From contig NC_007614.1 in NCBI RefSeq assembly GCF_000196355.1, forward strand, positions 420,001-452,000: a stretch of DNA of 32,000 bases, in the 5' to 3' direction. The notes below the pieces were generated by a model. It saw only the letters and a list, made by a program, of their open reading frames with translations, was not told the origin of the DNA and made no database searches. The position numbers and the translations under genes are program-made. Every line of letters starts with the position of its first letter. The first letter of the stretch is position 1. This stretch comes from Nitrosospira multiformis ATCC 25196 (GTDB lineage Bacteria > Pseudomonadota > Gammaproteobacteria > Burkholderiales > Nitrosomonadaceae). This document shows positions 29,481 through 32,000 of this stretch, piece by piece.

Positions 29481-30463
29481 GTATTCTTCAAGGGGCTGCA
29501 ACAGCAGATCCGCCGCTTCCCGAAGGTTTGATTTCGGAGATGGCGACACTGAGTTCAAATACGGTATCCGCGGATTTTCTCGTTTTGCTCGAGGCGTTGA
29601 AATTGCGCTTCGGTTCAGCCCTCGACGCTGTGCTTCTTTATGGATCGTGCCTGCGCGCGCGTGAGATAGGGGATGGGGTGGTCGATTTTTACGCGGTTGT
29701 GAGCAGTTACAGCAGTGCTTACCCGGAGCGCTATCTGCGCTATTTCAACACATTGCTACCTCCGAATGTCTTTTATCTGGAGGTATCCCAAGAGGAGAAA
29801 ACGTTTCGCGCCAAGTATGCGGTGGTTTCAATGGCTGACTTCGAGCAGGGGACCCGTCGCTGGTTCCATCCTTATCTCTGGGCGCGTTTTGCTCAGCCCT
29901 CGAGGTTATTATTTTTCCGCGACGAGGCTGCTCGCAAGCGAATTTCGGAGTCTCTAGCCCATGCGGTCGTCACTTTTCTCGGATCCACCCTGCCTACCCT
30001 CGATTGTTCCGGGACCGGAGCGACTACCACCGAAATGATCTGGACCAATGGATTGACCCAGACCTACGCGGCGGAATTGCGGCCGGAGAGAGCAGGGCGC
30101 GCGCGCCAGCTCGCACAGATGAACCTGGAGGTCTATTCACGCCTGACTACCCTGGCAGTACCTGCACTGGCAGGAAAATTGATGCCCCTCCCGGATGGAA
30201 GTTACGAATCTCTGATAGACGATGCAGGACGTCGGAAGTCACTTTGGCACTGGCAGCTGCGGCGTTGGCAGGGAAAAGTCCTGTCCGTGCTGCGGCTGTC
30301 AAAGGCGGCTTTTACCTTTCATGACAGCATTAGCTATGCGGCCTGGAAAATCGAGCGCCACACCGGTATTCGCGTCGAGGTGACTCCTATGCTACGGCGC
30401 CATCCCCTGTTGTGGGGTTTCAAAGTTTCCTGGCGCCTGCTGCGGCGTGGCGTATTACGCTGA
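29477..30463 (+). CDS. Nucleotidyltransferase-like protein of unknown function
   Basis: 328 aa with VLLYGSCLRAREIGDGVVDFYAVV, a pol-beta-type GS...D pattern; last gene of the plus-strand operon. Confidence 0.55.
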   Translation: MSILQGAATADPPLPEGLISEMATLSSNTVSADFLVLLEALKLRFGSALDAVLLYGSCLRAREIGDGVVDFYAVVSSYSSAYPERYLRYFNTLLPPNVFYLEVSQEEKTFRAKYAVVSMADFEQGTRRWFHPYLWARFAQPSRLLFFRDEAARKRISESLAHAVVTFLGSTLPTLDCSGTGATTTEMIWTNGLTQTYAAELRPERAGRARQLAQMNLEVYSRLTTLAVPALAGKLMPLPDGSYESLIDDAGRRKSLWHWQLRRWQGKVLSVLRLSKAAFTFHDSISYAAWKIERHTGIRVEVTPMLRRHPLLWGFKVSWRLLRRGVLR

Positions 30464-30562
30464 CAGTGAAGCAATCACGAGCGGAATTCGACATCAAAAG
30501 CCGGGATTGAGCGCGGCACACGATATAGCGTCCGGTATGCGTAAACAATTCTTCCAGGCGGA

Positions 30563-31768
30563 TCATGAGTACGCTTCCGCTTCAGCGGAGTCATGTCGTA
30601 TGGTTTCTCTTGATCGGAGAATCAAGTCGCATACCTCGCGAACCGCGCCGTGGCCACCCGAATATTCACACATATAATGGGCCTGCCGCACGACCAGGGG
30701 GACAGCATCCGCCGGGCAGAAGGCAACGCCTACGCGGCTCAGGCATTCCAGATCGCTGAGGTCATCACCCACATACCCGATATTTTCCAGAGGAACCCCC
30801 CAGCGTTTGGAAAGCTTTAGGAGGAGAGGAAATTTATCGCTTATGCCCGGGTAGTATTCGTCGATGCGCAATTTTCTCATCCTTGCTTCAACGGAAGGAC
30901 TAGTCTCGGTGGTGATTACGCAAACCCCGAGGCCATGTTCACGCAACCGTTGCAAACCATGGGCGTCGCGAGTATTGAATTTTTTCAAGGCTTCGCCGGC
31001 GGGGCCGTAATACATTCCCGCATCCGTCAACGTTCCGTCCACATCGAGTACCAGAAACTTGATTCGTGACGCGCGGGCTTGGACCGACCCCCGTTCCTGC
31101 TCCCGTAAAAGACGCTCCACGATGTTCCAGCCAGCCTCTCCGGTGATCTCGATCGCAGTTTCGGGCGCCATCTCGTGAATACCCATGCGTCCACCCAGAT
31201 AATGATCGTTGTCTCGAAGTAATTTTTCATGTGTCAGATAGAAGGCGCCATTTTCCAGCAGGTATCCCTCCGGATTCGATGCATCGCATGACGCACGGGA
31301 TTTTAGCGGGTCATGACCGACGGGTTCTCCCATCCTTGTCCACAGAAACCGTCTGGACGGCGCAGCTGTCAGAAGCGAGTCAAGATTTTCCGAAAGAAAT
31401 TTGCGCTTAGCGGCACGAAAATCTTCAGCACGCGTGAGGGGCGAGGCTGCCTGTATTGAACAGACGACGTCGAAGGGGATCTTCTGCTGAAACGTGTGTA
31501 GGAGACTGGTCCAATTCTCTACGCCCGTACGGGTTGCGCCACTGCAATCGAGAATCTCGATTATCGTGTCGGCTCGCGAAAATTCTTCCACTATCCGTTT
31601 TCGAATGACAGGCGGGTCGGCAGTTACGTAAATGGTGTCGAAACATCCCGATATGACGGCCTGCTCCAAGCTCCAGGAAAATAATGGCCTTCCCGCCATG
31701 CTGCGTGCGCTGCTTCGGGAAACCGGCCCGAAATTTCCATGCAAAGGCGCGAAAGCTACCCAGCGCAT
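30563..31768 (-). CDS. Fused CMP-sugar (nonulosonate) cytidylyltransferase-like / KDO8P-phosphatase-like HAD protein
   Basis: N-terminal IQAASPLTRAEDF and LLENGAFYLTHE resemble NeuA-type LQPTSPLR / ENGAIY; C-terminal LVLDVDGTLTD, NTRDAHGLQRL, GISDKFPLLLKL, GYVGDDLSDLECL are typical of the KdsC/HAD phosphatase family. Confidence 0.8.
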   Translation of the reverse strand: MRWVAFAPLHGNFGPVSRSSARSMAGRPLFSWSLEQAVISGCFDTIYVTADPPVIRKRIVEEFSRADTIIEILDCSGATRTGVENWTSLLHTFQQKIPFDVVCSIQAASPLTRAEDFRAAKRKFLSENLDSLLTAAPSRRFLWTRMGEPVGHDPLKSRASCDASNPEGYLLENGAFYLTHEKLLRDNDHYLGGRMGIHEMAPETAIEITGEAGWNIVERLLREQERGSVQARASRIKFLVLDVDGTLTDAGMYYGPAGEALKKFNTRDAHGLQRLREHGLGVCVITTETSPSVEARMRKLRIDEYYPGISDKFPLLLKLSKRWGVPLENIGYVGDDLSDLECLSRVGVAFCPADAVPLVVRQAHYMCEYSGGHGAVREVCDLILRSRETIRHDSAEAEAYS

Positions 31769-32000
31769 CAGTTAAAGTGAACCCCTTGTACGCGCTTGAG
31801 TTTGTCGCGTTGTGCAAGCTCGATTTCCGTCATGTCTCCCTCCTTGAACTTCAGGGTCTTGCAGACATTGCGAACATCACGGACCAGCCTGCGCAATCCG
31901 TCGGGCTCCAGCGAAGCGGCATGATCGGTTCCCTTCCAGGTCCGGTCCAGCGTGAAATGACGTTCGATCCAGGATGCCCCCAGGACCACAGTCGCAATGT
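31768..32000 (-). CDS. N-acetylneuraminate synthase family (NeuB-like), 5' end beyond window
   Basis: Frame open to the window edge: IATVVLGASWIERHFTLDRTWKGTDHAASLEPDGLRRLVRDVRN, characteristic of NeuB-type synthases; shares one base (TGATG) with the following gene. Confidence 0.85.
   Translation of the reverse strand, partial: IATVVLGASWIERHFTLDRTWKGTDHAASLEPDGLRRLVRDVRNVCKTLKFKEGDMTEIELAQRDKLKRVQGVHFN

Overview
This window looks like a chromosomal segment of a betaproteobacterium, probably a Nitrosomonadaceae ammonia oxidiser; the lineage is inferred from gene content and order. Left part: the 3' end of a probable ppk1, a CYTH/CHAD protein, and a minus-strand central-carbon operon tkt-gap-pgk-pyk-fba. 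Middle: a tightly coupled minus-strand block def, fmt, rsmB, DUF4390, ntrY, ntrX, then dprA and a topoisomerase III-like gene on the plus strand, and a compact ketosynthase/ACP pair on the minus strand. The most interesting region is 22.9-30.5 kb on the plus strand: a GNAT-fold acyltransferase-like protein, a MobA-like NTP transferase, LptF, LptG, a CDP-alcohol phosphotransferase with an extra N-terminal domain, a DAG/ceramide-kinase-like protein and a nucleotidyltransferase-like protein. The set resembles the bacterial ceramide / ceramide-phosphoglycerate gene set and may be an unrecognised anionic sphingolipid (or other atypical lipid) synthesis and export locus. The right edge holds a fused cytidylyltransferase-like/HAD phosphatase gene coupled to a truncated NeuB-like gene. 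I saw no rRNA, tRNA, CRISPR or mobile element. All family assignments come from reading motifs, not from database searches.
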